A DNA stretch of 64,000 nt. Origin: Lepidodermella squamata. Taxonomy: Eukaryota > Animalia > Gastrotricha. Below the pieces are notes generated by a model, which was not told the DNA's origin, made no database searches, and saw nothing but the letters and a program-made list of their open reading frames with translations. Location of the stretch: NCBI GenBank assembly GCA_047495785.1, contig JBLDXI010000075.1:1-64000 (forward strand), read 5' to 3'. Shown here one piece after another: positions 47,501-60,126 of the stretch. Each line of letters starts with the position of its first letter. Position 1 is the first letter of the stretch. The position numbers were made by a program, and so were the translations under genes.

Positions 47501-50238
47501 GCTCCCCATTTACGATCATGGACTTCGTAGAGCTCGAAACGAAACCCAATATCGGTCGAAAGACGGCGTAGTAGATCCATGCAAAAGCCAACGCAGCACA
47601 CCCAAGATCCATTGTTATGAATTTGTTGTTGTAGGGTTGATGACGAAGTTGGGCTTACGAAAGTGTAGGACGTAACAGCTCGGGGTTTTCCTGTCTCATT
47701 ACTGTAACAAGGTCATTGGGGGTCATTTTCCTAGGTAACTCGGTATACTGACCTGTAAGTTCCAACCTCGCCTTGAAGAACCAGTGTCATAGTGGCGTTT
47801 AATTCGGTTTTGCTAACAATAACTGGGGACAATCGGCAAGGAACAGCCGTCCGAGGGCAAACCCCACTGATGGGGTCCGGAGGCTCATACACCACATACT
47901 GAAGAGATTAGCAAAATGATTGAAGAAAGAATAAGAAAAGGTGACAATTACCGGAGGCTCTTCTAGAGTGGCGATTTTCAAGATTGTAGCATCAGGCCTG
48001 CCAGAAGGTGGTTTACCCGGGCCAGCTGGCCAAGTGATATCGTCCATTAGAAGCCCTAATTCTCGCGTCCACTCGCCAATCTTCTTCCACTGCCGATTTG
48101 GATCGAGATTGAGCACAGTAACTGCTCCCAGATCGGTCAATCCACTGTCGTCGAACTTCGAACTCACTTGGTCAAACATTTTCACTGGAGTCCTTTTGAT
48201 CAGTCTGTACACAAGTTGGAAAACTGTTAGCATAAGTCTTGAACAGTGGATGAAGTAGGATCCTCGAGGTGGGGGAACGTGTGGGTATTTTCAGCCCAGA
48301 ATTTATCTAACCAAAAGGTCTCCCTGTGGTTTTTTGGGTTTTTTTTAGCAGGAACTCTCGAGGAGTACGGTACCCCTAAAGTCCGGTACTTCGCACACTG
48401 GTCTTGAAAAAGAAGGTTGGAGTGAATAAGTGTGAACTGTTTGCAAAATATGGCATTTTCTGTTAAGATTAGAGGGAAATACCGTTAGACAACCTCAATA
48501 GGTAGCGTGGCCGAGTGGTCTAAGGCGCTAGATTTAGGCTCTAGTCTCTTCGGAGGCGTGGGTTCGAACCCCACCGATGCCATCATTTTTGCTGGGAATG
48601 TCCTTATTGCTGTTGCGCTTTTAATGGACCTAATTATGAAATAGCCAAAACTAATGGCAGCGGTGGGGTTCGAACCCACGCCTCCGAAGAGACTAGAGCC
48701 TAAATCTAGCGCCTTAGACCACTCGGCCACGCTACCTATTGAGGTTGTCTAACGGTATTTCCCTCTAATCTTCAAAGTGCCCCATGTTCCACATCTAACC
48801 GTTAGAACACACGGGTTCGTACATCAAGCGCACTGTTCGAAGTTCGATCCTTTCCATAATTGAGAATTCCATGTAGGTAAACTCTAAAACCCTATTTCAA
48901 TTCACTTTTGACCTAAAATCTCCTCTACATCCCGAGAAAGGGCTATCCTAAAAATCGCAACTTCTCTCTCCGTGAACGACCCCACTTAGAAAGGACTTAC
49001 TTATGAAATGTTTCGCCCCATCTCCATTTCTTTAGCGCCGAGCCATCGCACGGTATGCGCGGCGCAACTCGATCGATCGTAATATTCGGCATCTGTACAA
49101 ACTTCTCCATCGCATCCGACCACAACTTGGTCGCCGCTTTCAAAGCTTCATGCTGAACAGCCAGCGTTGTATTGTACGTAATCGCTATCGTACCAGGTAT
49201 AAAATTCATCGATGGCGTCGACCGTTCGCCAGAATCGCCGAGAACTGGCTTGGCACATATCCATAAATACTCGCCGCTTGTCATTCCCAACATTCGAGCC
49301 TCCTCGAAAATATCGTTCGAAGCGCCATGGTCTGCGAATAGCACGACAATACGGGTGTCAGTGCTGTCGCGAAGGTCCATCAACTCGCCCCGTATGACGT
49401 CACGTGACGAATTGGCTAATTTTACCACGCGAATGATACGCGATGACATATGCGATTGGTGCGAATCGAACGAAAATCGAGTGTACCGATTATCCTCAGA
49501 ATTGACAAGGTCGCGCAGTTCATTGATAAAGTACTCATTCCCGGCAGTTTGGCTCGAAACCAGGATTGAAAACCGCCGCCATTGATATGTTGATAGAAAC
49601 GCGAAAATTGCATTGGCTTGCGCTCGAGTGGGCGGAGCGATCAAAAATCGGTAATTCGTCGCGCTATTCGTTGAGGAGTCTTCAATTTCGTTCGACAAGC
49701 TCGACCAGGCAATTGTCGGTATCCCAGCTGTATCGGCTAGGGTTGTTATGAAATTAGCGATTCGAGTCCCGTCATCGCTTTGAATTGACTTATCGACCAG
49801 AATGAACATTGCATTGATACCCTCGGCGGCTCTTGAGCAGAATAAGTTTTGAGTCAGCTCGCCTAGGGACACTCCATTTGCGTAGACCGGGTTAACCCGA
49901 AGCCGGTAAGGTACCGATGGGTAATTGGTTTGCTTCCGAGTGGTTGATGTTGATGAGGTGAAATTTGCAGTTGATGACGTTGGGGATACTTTGTTCATGG
50001 TGGAAGATGTTGAACCTTTGCCAGCTGTAGTTCGTCTCGCTTGGTTGACTGCGAGAAATTGGCGCAGTTGTTCACGCGTTTTTGAGTCCGTCAACGATTG
50101 GCTGGGCAAGACGAAGCCTATTGTCACGGTGACAGGCTGGCCTTGAGTCTGGGCTATAGCTGCTTGTTGATGGAGCGGCATTTGAGCAGTGGTGGCAGTG
50201 ATGAGCGTCGAAATTGTCAAAACCGTTGATAGCTTCAT
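44587..50238 (-). CDS. Nmdar2: NMDA-type ionotropic glutamate receptor, GluN2/Nmdar2-like subunit
   Basis: Exons approx. 50238-49001, 48204-47952, 47898-47753, 47701-47361, 47309-47127, 46856-46699, 46648-46425, 46375-45955, 45701-45547, 45496-45326, 45152-44587. Motifs [60 protein letters not shown]; C-terminal PDZ-type ETNL. Confidence 0.9.
48501..48582 (+). tRNA. tRNA-Leu(TAG), one acceptor mismatch
   Basis: 82 nt, loop TT-TAG-GC, long variable arm; ends CGATGCCA instead of CGCTGCCA. Confidence 0.88.
48655..48736 (-). tRNA. tRNA-Leu(TAG)
   Basis: Inverted copy with a paired acceptor stem. Confidence 0.92.
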
Positions 50239-52728
50239 CGCTGAGTCGAAATTCGAGTGTAGAGCGATATTTGAAGTTCTATCATGAAATGTGTAACATT
50301 CTAGCCCATTCATAAAATAATCATCGAAATCAAAAAAGTAAAATCGAACATAGGCACAGGGAAGATCGCAAAAGCGGTGTCACGTGTAATAAAGGGAGGA
50401 TTGGGTCATCCCCCATTCCTAACACAATTTCTACTACGAATCCGGAAATTTTAGAATTTAATTTAATTTAATCAATCAATTCTAAGAACTGTACGTTGTT
50501 AAACAATCGATTAATTTGAAAAAAAACCAAGATTGGTGATTGTTGGATTTTTGGAATGATGCGAGGACATCATAATAATCATGAATTATTCGTTCGCCCA
50601 AAAATTCATTCTCAAAATGTTCGGCAGTTTCATAATTAATCCCAACAATTTAAATAAAATTCCTTGAATTTGTTGGCGAGAAGGCTTCCTCATGACGTCG
50701 ATAACAAGGCATTAGTTGAATATTATTTGAAAAATTATTCGCAAAATTACGTTATAAATATTTCGCGTGCGATATTATGTTAAAATAGTAATGTTTAAGT
50801 AGGTCATCTCCAGGAAAATTCTGTTCCGCTAAAAAAATCAGTTAAAATTAAGACAGAGAAATAATTAAATAAATTTAAATTAAGTTTAAAATTTATAAAT
50901 TTCCTTATAAATTTGTCAAAAAATTGTGCACCCCAGCCTAAGAGTGATTAGTTTCCTCAACGGTTTTTAAACTAACTAACTACTTGAGTTGGAGAGTGAA
51001 AATTATCGCACCTGTTCGAGCGGGATGGGTATGTATTATCGGCTCGCTAAATAGTGTGAAAATCCAGGATCCACGCATAGGTATTATATCACTGTCCACA
51101 TGATGCCGCGCATTTAAATGTGACTCGGCCGCAAGTGGCCGCTGCCGCGCATTGCGCACGTGAGAATGCGGTCGAATTTCAAAATCACCGCACAAACACA
51201 ACGGCAAAAGCCATCATCTGCGCGCGCGCGCCAATCAATGCGGTAGTCATCATCGTGCTTAAACTGGAATACATACCGCATTGTTGTTCTATCACAGAGC
51301 ACTTTTCATCGGCGTAAAATTTTTTACCAATTATTTTGCATTCAGGTATTATTAATTCATATTTGCCCATCAATAACAATAACAGAGGGTAAAATTTTAA
51401 TTCTATTGTTGGCTGCTGGCCATATAATATTAAAACTGGAAGATAAAACTCACAATAAATATTTCGAAAAAACTTTACAGTAGAAAACAAGCATTATTAC
51501 AATAGGCGACGATAATAGATCGAAAAATGCGCACGAGTACAGATTTCAAATCCCGTGAGATTGATTTGCAAACCGTGGATCAAGAATAGCCATAAATAAT
51601 GCTAAATGATAATCAATAGTAATAATCATATGCATCTGTATTACGAAGAGGAATGTTTTTTGTGTTCAATAAACTATAGTAAATTCGAAAAGAACAAAGA
51701 ACAATTGAGACTGTATTCAGCATCGTAATTAAGAAAAATATCGAAAAATTGAGAAGCAATTCGTCACAATTTTTTGTTTGCCAAAATAATTGCCTTGAAA
51801 ATTTGATCAAGGTGGAAAACCTTCACTACAAAGAGTGAAAAAGGAATTTATTTGGTTAATTGTAAATTAAATAAATGATTGGAATGTTATTGAGTTATAA
51901 AGCAAGTGAACATTTGCGGAAATGCGTTGACAATATAACTATGAGCGCGATTTTGGTGTCGACTTTGTTGACTGACGATATGTATAACAATGATGAGGAT
52001 GACAATAATTGCCATGATTGGCAAGGCATACACGGATCCTGTTCGTATACTTGTATGTATATATCAGAGGCCAATTTTCATACATTATCGTCAAGTTTAT
52101 TTCTGAAAATGACGCGCGCAATTTTAGCGGAATAATTATTTGCGGCGACACCAGGCGCGCGCGCGCGCGCGCATTAAGGCGGTAGCAGTAATAAATATAG
52201 CAATAAGAATAAATCATGTGAAAAGCGCGCACACTTTGCATTTGATATATTATTATTGTAGATAATTTTATATTATGGCACTGATGACAAGTGCGCGCGA
52301 CTTATCGCCGCGCTCGCCCAGTCACCATGCGAGGCCACTTCATTTCGGCAGCTCCCGCAGCCATGAACGCCCTTTATATTGTGGTAATCCGCGAGTAATA
52401 AAATAGTCTTTATTATTGTAAACATTGGTAATCCCTATTTAAATGATATTTATAAGCGAATAGCAAATTCATGATCATAATATTAATATAATTGCGAAAA
52501 AATCGATTCTTTCATTCTTTGATCACATGATTATTTCTCGATATCTGTCTGAGATTCTGAGTTCATAGTCCCTTGGAGCTTGAAGAGTAAAAGATTTTCA
52601 AGTGAAATGCTGACATATAGGAAAGCAGGAAACTCGGAATCTGGAACAGCTGCATGATCCTATCCTTGATTTACTGCTCAGAGCTGTTCACATTATAACC
52701 TCTGAAAATCAGATATATATGCAGCCGA

Positions 52729-52801
52729 GACTCCGTAGCTCAATTGGCAGAGCGTCTGACTCCAGATCAGAAGGTTGCGTGTTCAAGTCACGTCGGGGTC
52801 A
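52729..52801 (+). tRNA. tRNA-Trp(CCA)
   Basis: GACTCCGTAGCTCAATTGG...; loop CT-CCA-GA; T-run downstream. Confidence 0.92.
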
Positions 52802-53620
52802 AACATTTTTGTCAATTTCTACAAGAGGTTTTTTTTATCAAGATGTCGACTTATGTGTGCCAAAATGATTCATCAAGAGTTTTTGCTTTTTTGGTCACTT
52901 GACCAGTTCTCCACTAGTCAAGAGCTTTATAAGAAGTACGGCGTCTGACAGTTGATTCAGGGCTTCTATTTCAACCCAATTGACCTGTTCTTCAATTTCG
53001 ACGGGGAAAATAGGGAAAATATAGGTCCAACCTTCAGCTCGGCGCTCCTTTAATTCAAATTTCCGGCCCCAATGCTACGCTCAAATAGGTGCGGCAAGAG
53101 TCGAAGCCCGACCTTGATCATCAAATAACAGCAAGCCGAAAACTTATACCGGCGTCCGTTGGCGCTGGATGGTTTTTCAGTGCGGCCCGAAAAGTGAACT
53201 GTACATGTAAAATGTAAAATTGATTGTCTAAATCTGACTGATTTTTCTGCCACGATCGTGGTTTATACAAAATTGACATGGTCTGGTATCTACCGGAGCA
53301 TAACATCAATGATTCAAGGAACTGCATTACTCGAAGTTGAATAGACAAAATGAGCCCAAGGTACTAAATCCGAAAAAACGAGTTAAGCCTTGATGCTGCT
53401 TGGTTGGTCGGTAAACGTGACACCCAACCTTCCTTTCAAACTAATAGGAATTAAGCTATTACGTTTATAAGCTCCAGTTACGTTTATTATTATATGCGCC
53501 GCGCGTGAATGGCTCACTCCTTACGTAATAATACAGCGGTACTTCATCTCCATCGGATTTCTGAACAAATACGGCTCTCAAAATTGCTCTCAGGGCAGCT
53601 GTAGCTTAATTCTTCTTAGG

Positions 53621-54237
53621 TAGGGTGGCTGTTTCTACTGTAGAAGCCTTTTTGGGTCCATGTTTAAACGTATAAACTGTGTAAACTGATATGATATAGA
53701 AACTGGGTGCCAAAGACACCGATTTCATTTCCTTTTTATTCATAGCATAGTTTCGGCCCCACACAGTGTTAACAGTGGTGGCCTAGATCGTTCATCTGGG
53801 CTTTTAAAAGTCTATGTCCACAACGTTATGGATTTTATTGCATTGCGGTCGCTCGGCTCCTCGTGCGATGTGTCGGAATCTTGACGAATTTTGACCGGAT
53901 TTGTGGAGTGCCTCTTCCAGCCACTACTATTTTATACAGATAGGTCATCTCGCCGACAAACCTCCGTTTTGTTAGGGGTTGCAGGGTCACACCATTGCCG
54001 TAACGAAGCGTTGTTGCACGGCCTCAAGTCGTTGTAGCATCGCTTCGCTGGCTGCGAACGTGTAGGCCTCCTGTATAGATACATCAGCGTGAGGGTGATT
54101 CCTAAAACTCCAGTACTAAAGCCATGCTACCCAGCCTTGTTGTCACCCAGTTTCTACATCAAGTATAAACATATTTATGTAGTTTATACGTGTACCCTTC
54201 AACCCAAGAAGATTTCTACAGTAGAACAGCCACCATA
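53621..54237. mobile_element. Non-autonomous TIR element with about 95-bp imperfect inverted ends
   Basis: GGTGGCTGTTTCTACTGTAGAA...AGAAACTGGGTG on the left mirrors CACCCAGTTTCT...TTCTACAGTAGAACAGCCACC on the right; TA at both ends. Confidence 0.7.
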
Positions 54238-54680
54238 CATTTTTCATGTAACCAACGTCTTTTTCACATAATCACGTGGAATCTGATTCACGTTTTGAGT
54301 ATGTATCACGTTTACGGACCAGCTAAGCGGAGAGAAAGTTTAAGAGCAATTTCATCGTTTTTTATCATTTCGTGTTGGCGAGGCGCATTACAACAATTTG
54401 AACGACGGGGAGAGCGAGAAGTTAAGTAGATTCCGTTACGAGCGAACTGAAAGCCAGAATTTCGCGAATGAAGGCCCTCATTTTAGACTTATCACGGGCT
54501 GTCTCTTCAAACCCTTTTGGCCTGCTTAACGTTCTCTGTCAGCCCTTGGGTGGGGTCCATAAGTATACTCTCTTGACTGAGTTTCCATCATTCATTCTGA
54601 GTTCATTCCCAATTATTGTTTAGCCTGATTAATTTACTAATAATTTCATCTGGTTAAATATCTCTGATCGGCGTAGCATC

Positions 54681-55719
54681 ATGGCGAAACTGCACCTGGC
54701 CGTATTTCTAGCGATTATCTGTCAAACATTAGCAATCAGTAAGGCACTTACAACAATGATACTTGTAGGAGAGGTACCCTAGTAAATACTCCAGATCACT
54801 CGCTTACTTTCAAGCTTAACTTGAGGATATAGAGTTTGGCCAGTGAATATTTAATAGACTACCTCATTAATCCAAATCTTGATCAAGAGTTCTCACGAAT
54901 GCCCTGGAATTGGGTGCCTTTTCTTCCTGCTTGAAGTAATCTTATTTTTTCAGAATCTCCTGAGCGTGAACTGGGAAAGTATCTGATTCGCACAGCTGAA
55001 GAACAGGGGACAGTAGGACGACCTGTCTCAGATGCGTAAGCTATGCTTGCAATTTCCTTGTAACAAGATGATTTCAGTCGATCCTAACGTAGTTCTGAAG
55101 CTGTCAACGTAACTTTGACGCTCTATTTGGTTAAAATCATCAGCTTCGATGATTCAACTTACCATGCAAAAATAGCATCGAAACAAATGATGACGTGGAA
55201 TGACCCAGCTCTGACTTGGGATCCATCTCGTTTTGGAAAAGTTGATTCTATCATTCTACCGGCCAGGAAAGTTTGGACGCCTGATGTCACATTTGTCAAC
55301 AAGTTAGTTTGCTTTATTTGACTGATAAATTTGATCCTAATAAGTCTATTAAAAATAGCTTCAATGGCGGAGCTGCTGATCAGAAGAACAATTTGTTGGA
55401 TGCTGATGTATCGGTTTCCCCTGACGGATCTGTCATTTGGATGTCTCGTCTAAATCACGAAGTACCGTGCATGAAAATATCCATCAATATATATAACTGC
55501 ACAATCAAAGCTGGCTCCTGGAATTACGATAATTCGCAGGTGGAGGTCAATTTTGCTGAAGGCATGAACAACGTTAACATGGATTTCATGGAACCTATTA
55601 CTCCGGGAATGGAACTGTTTGAAACTTCTGCGACGTACGAAGATGCTGAGTTTGGCGGGCTCATTTATCGCACGTTCTCATTTACATTTCGGATCGGTGC
55701 ATCTCATATCCGGGAATGA
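54681..55719 (+). CDS. Secreted AChBP-like protein (Cys-loop ligand-binding domain only)
   Basis: Exons 54681-54738, 54954-55035, 55093-55302, 55359-55719. Signal peptide, GRPV, WNDPALTWDP, VWTPD, C-x9-C, GSWNY. Stop follows beta10 with no TM helices; AATAAA near 55823. Confidence 0.82.
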
Positions 55720-56000
55720 AAAAGTTCCAGGTTCCAACGGATTGAACATTTGTCGCCCCATTTCTGGTTTCGGCGGGAACCTCCTTATCTGGATGGTTTT
55801 TATATTTTACATTATTTTTTAGAATAAAAATACTTAGTAATTATAAGTAAACTAAATTCTAATTTCTATTTAATAAAAGCTAAAACTGCAAAAAATTCGA
55901 TTATGCCTGAAATTGGGCTGTTTACACAGACTGACATCAGCGAAGAATCATAAGCGCCAGTAAAATTGTGGAGGATGGGCTCGTGATCTTTTTTCAACCC

Positions 56001-56072
56001 GGCCTAGTGGCCTAATGGTAAGGCGTCGGCCTCCGGAGCCGGAGATTGTGGGTTCGAGTCCCATCTGGGTCG
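56001..56072 (+). tRNA. tRNA-Arg(CCG)
   Basis: Full cloverleaf, loop CT-CCG-GA. Confidence 0.88.
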
Positions 56073-56143
56073 CTACTTTTTCCCCTCCTTATTCACCGCA
56101 CTGGCTCTTCTCGGAAAAGCAACGATTTGCCTCGCCATCAGCC

Positions 56144-56222
56144 GGCTTAGTAGATTAGTGGTGGAGCATCTGTCTTGTAAAAAGAAGGGCACGGGTTCGA
56201 TGTTCGATCCCCGTCTGGACCT
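56144..56222 (+). pseudogene. tRNA-Thr(TGT) pseudogene
   Basis: Homologous to 15873-15944, with a 7-nt GTTCGAT duplication in the T-loop and stem mismatches. Confidence 0.8.
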
Positions 56223-56267
56223 CGGCTTCTCTTTTTCCCAATTGAAAAAATCAGTCTTCAATTATGC

Positions 56268-56887
56268 GATGCATTTTAGGAATTACAGTAATGGACTATA
56301 TTCCCAACATCGATATCAGACTATCAATGTGTGGCGGAATAATTGAAGTCGGTAGATTAATTGAAAAACAACGGCTTAATTACCTAGGACATATAATAAG
56401 GATGGAAACGTATGTCGATGATAAGGGTGACCCGATACCACCGGGGCCAGTATACGACCTTTACAGGTGGGTAGCGCCTAAGGAATGGCAGAGACCGGTG
56501 GGGAGACCTCGAACTAGGTGGCTAGATTCGGTAGAAAGAAGTCTGAGGAGAGTGGGTCTTACAACCGAAAATATAATAAGGAAAAAACTGACGGGTCCCG
56601 TGGCAGACCTCGTAAAGATGGTAGCAATATAACCGAAATTATCGAAATAACTGTTGACTGGACATTGACCGAAACAACTGCACTAGATCGAGACGAATGG
56701 CGTAAAATTGTCGAGGCTTTGGAAAATTTTGAATTTTACAACAAAAGCAAGATACTTTCGGACGTGGGGGCGGGTGACTGATTCGTTTGGTTTGATCTGC
56801 CTTCGCCTTCCTCAAAACCCGAAAGGGTATAGGCACTCAGTCGCGGGGAAGACAAACAAATAAATCATTTTCATTTTCATTTCATTT
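56268..56887 (+). mobile_element. 5'-truncated RTE-clade LINE with 17-bp target-site duplication
   Basis: Motifs RLNYLGHIIRM, RPVGRPRTRW and ALDRDEWR; (TTTTCA)n tail; TSD TCAGTCTTCAATTATGC at 56251-56267 and 56888-56904. Confidence 0.9.
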
Positions 56888-56935
56888 TCAGTCTTCAATT
56901 ATGCCATAAGATTAGAATCGAGGGTGACCACAAGC

Positions 56936-57009
56936 GCCTCCTTGGCTCAGTTGGCTAGAGCGCCAGTCTCATAATCTGGAGGTCGTGAGTTCGATCCTCA
57001 CAGGGGGCA
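56936..57009 (+). tRNA. tRNA-Met(CAT), elongator
   Basis: Same sequence as 16017-16090. Confidence 0.93.
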
Positions 57010-57173
57010 GCTTCCATTTTTATCAACCAAATAACTCGTATTTGGCGAGCAGATTCAACGATCAAACAGAAACAGAACGATCACAAAGTTTGCAATTTAT
57101 TAGTAATAGTAAGCTGTTTTTATTAATAAAGGAATCACCGAATTAATTATTGGTCATTTCAGTTTAACCTTTC

Positions 57174-58217
57174 TCACTCGACTTTATTCGAGCTGCTGTC
57201 GTTATGAACATAGGTCTCGTTTCCTTCCCGTCCAGATTTCTTGTTGCCCCAGATTTTCGCAACCTCTTCTTTCGAACCTGCGTACTCTCCCAGCAGCCAG
57301 TCCATCGGAAAATGAGCGGCCCCATAATTGCAGTCGAAATGTAAGTGATGCAGGGTGTGATAATAATCCCCAGACCCTGGATAGAGATGTCCGTCATGGC
57401 CTATCCAAGCACCCATTGCACAATCGACAATAACCGCAAGAGGGAGGGCAGGATGAACCCCAAGTGGAATGCACATCAACGCAGCGCTGTAGTACAAAGT
57501 CGACTCCACTGGGTGCATATTAGTCCCCGAAAACGCAGTGATGTTGTAAGACTTATGATGTAGAGAGTGAACAGCTTTGTACAGAAACTTCCCGACATCC
57601 GGGATACGGTCCGTTTTCCATGGATGCATGACCCTGTGGATGGCCCAGAAGTGGACAACCCTCCAGTGAGTCAACGTCAAAACGAGTATTACGTGAAGAA
57701 GCGGCTTCTCCATCACGGATCTTACCATAGGAAACGCTCCGATTGAATAGCAATGACATATGACGATTTCAATGCAAGCTGCGAAAACTGATGAAATAGT
57801 TGTGTAGAACATGTCGTGCTTCATCTGTGCGAATGACGGGTACTTCTGAACAATCTTGAAGTTGAACAGCTTTTCTCGGAGGGGGCCAAAGTAGAGCCAA
57901 TAATCCCAGAATCCGCAGATGAGCCATGTTCCGATCAAGTTTCGAGCGACAATAGGCCACATCCACGATAGTTCGAAGGTCGCCCCACGACCAAAAGCAG
58001 GGTAGTTTTTGCCCTCATAGAAGTCGTAAATTAGGCTGAAGGCGATTAGAAAAGACCGGATCGCGGCTCCAGCGGCTGATATATGACCTGGTGCATTTAG
58101 AACAGGAGTTGCCTGCAGGACAGGTCGAAGCTCGGATCCTTTGAGCCTCAGTGTGCTGATGATGTGAGGGATTGGCCACAGCAGAGGCGTCACGAAAGAA
58201 GACAGCAATTCGGCCAT
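57174..58217 (-). CDS. Intronless sterol desaturase / fatty-acid hydroxylase family membrane enzyme
   Basis: His boxes HRVMH, HSLHH and GHDG...HTLHH plus FSGTNMHPVE; several hydrophobic segments; 347 aa. Confidence 0.88.
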   Translation of the reverse strand: MAELLSSFVTPLLWPIPHIISTLRLKGSELRPVLQATPVLNAPGHISAAGAAIRSFLIAFSLIYDFYEGKNYPAFGRGATFELSWMWPIVARNLIGTWLICGFWDYWLYFGPLREKLFNFKIVQKYPSFAQMKHDMFYTTISSVFAACIEIVICHCYSIGAFPMVRSVMEKPLLHVILVLTLTHWRVVHFWAIHRVMHPWKTDRIPDVGKFLYKAVHSLHHKSYNITAFSGTNMHPVESTLYYSAALMCIPLGVHPALPLAVIVDCAMGAWIGHDGHLYPGSGDYYHTLHHLHFDCNYGAAHFPMDWLLGEYAGSKEEVAKIWGNKKSGREGNETYVHNDSSSNKVE

Positions 58218-58785
58218 AGAGTTGCGTTGGAGTGGTAGAGTGGTAAAGGCTTATCTGATGAGCTGAGCAGTGGGACCCAAAAAAGATACGATAAGTTTAT
58301 CTGTTTCAAGCGACCCGAGCTGATAGCATTTGTTGCGAAACAAGCAAGGTTGCAGCTAGTGTCTGTTTTCTCCCCGCTTTTTCCATGATATCGCTGACGA
58401 GAAAAGGCTGGACGGAAACAACCTTTCGCGTAATTTTCAGGAAGCAGCATCGAGAAATTATGCACCAATACTGGATGATCGAAACAAAAATCACCTTCCG
58501 TTGGCGTGCTGCCAACCTTTTGCTGCAGTTCAGATTTTAAATTTTACCATGCATCGATTTGAGGCCATGAGTCTCCCAATATAACTGGACGAACATGAAA
58601 GAATAGCAACGAAAAAATACGATCAACCTTATACTAGGCTTAACTCATAGCGCCTAACATGATCGCTTTATTACCCTGTTTGCTATTACCCTGGTCGACC
58701 AGACCGCGATGTGGTCGCTTTCGGACTTGAGTCATAACATAGACACGGGTATTTACATTTAAACTAATTATTTCTATACAAATGA

Positions 58786-59070
58786 TTATTTATAATTTTG
58801 CATGAGTCTTATCGTTGAAATGATGATGTCGCACATGAGTGAGTGCGGTAGTTCGAGACGTTTGGCGAAGTCGCGGAAGAACTTGGTGATGGTACCACGG
58901 ACTCCAACGAAGAGACCGATTACTTCGAGGGAAGTTAAATTGTATTTTTCCTTGAAGTAGTCTGTGCAAGCCTCGCAGTGTGCCCGTTTTTCTTTGTCGA
59001 CTTCCAGGGCTTGATCTGGGCTTTTTTCGAAGCGGATGGCAGGGTCCAAGATCCACCCTTCTCTCGTGTT
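58786..59070 (-). mobile_element. C-terminal fragment of a restriction-like-endonuclease non-LTR retrotransposon (R2/NeSL-like)
   Basis: ILDPAIRFE...VDKEK...EVIGLFVGVRGTI resembles the end of the RLE domain; the upstream part is absent. Confidence 0.6.
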
Positions 59071-60126
59071 TTTAGTCTTCGTGTTTATATCAAATTCAAT
59101 TTTCAAGTCGAAATTCCGAAATCGTTCTTCCCACCGTGAAAGGGTTAAGCCACTTTTATTGCCCGCCCTTTTGATTTTTATGTAATTCTCCAATTTATTT
59201 TTCCGGGATTGACGAGAGAGACTACAGGCCCATCGCATCCTTGTCGACCAGAGCTGGACTTCGAAATCGAGTAATCCGACATCGAGGTCAGGTCGAGCTG
59301 CGATGTGGTCGGAGTTCAGTCATAATGCGTTCAAACGCATTTTTTCAAACATAGGAATAAAAATTACCGCATAGTGGAACGTTTTGCCGCTTAGTGTACT
59401 GTATATTTTTGGAAAAAAACCGAAAAACTACGATCAGGGTTATACCAGAATGAACTCGCATAGCATAATCTAGTTGCTACTCTAGTGTTTTTTCGGCGGC
59501 GTCAGGTGAAATAGCCTGAATTAATACAACTTTTTCCTATTTTATTTCCTCTTTTATTAACGCTAAAACCACCTGAGTGACGATTGCGAGGTCATTAATA
59601 CCACTCTCGGTGGATCATACATTTTTTCAGGTAGATGAGGCGAGGCAGATAGAAATCATTGAACTAGCGTTAGCGTACTGTACTAAAAAAAGTTAATGTT
59701 GCGCACTCAACAACTGAACTAATTTTTCCCTGAGCGCCGGTAATAAAAATCACCTGACAAAAATAAAATTGCAGAAAACACAGGCAAGGCTATAAAGGAA
59801 TCAGTCGCTCAATCGCTGCATGTCCTAAATTAACCTCTCGCTCGCTTTTAAATGTACACCCCCCCTGCGCTGGTGCTGGGTGCGCGCTTTGCGAAAAAAT
59901 CATTGAGGCATGTCGTTCAAACTTTTACAAATTTTCTATGTTCTCAGTTTAAATGGTATAATTTCCGTTCCGTGATATGGACGTGGACCGGTGCCACTAG
60001 GCAAACCGGGTAATAGGTAATTGGTTTTGGGCCCCCATATTTCGCAACAACCTCGAAGGGTTTCTCGCAGATCGAAATGAGCTCGGAACGATTGGAGGCA
60101 CTTTACGCGCCTGGGACTTCTTCGCT

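Larger units (their letters stand above)
48465..48772. repeat. 119-bp near-perfect inverted repeat (48465-48583 / 48654-48772), 70-bp spacer
   Basis: Each arm is 36 bp of 5' flank plus a whole tRNA-Leu; one mismatch seen. Confidence 0.92.

Noticed and set aside
52154-52172. (CG)n runs upstream of the NMDA receptor as Z-DNA regulatory elements
   Set aside because: Short, also found elsewhere in the window, and no functional support.
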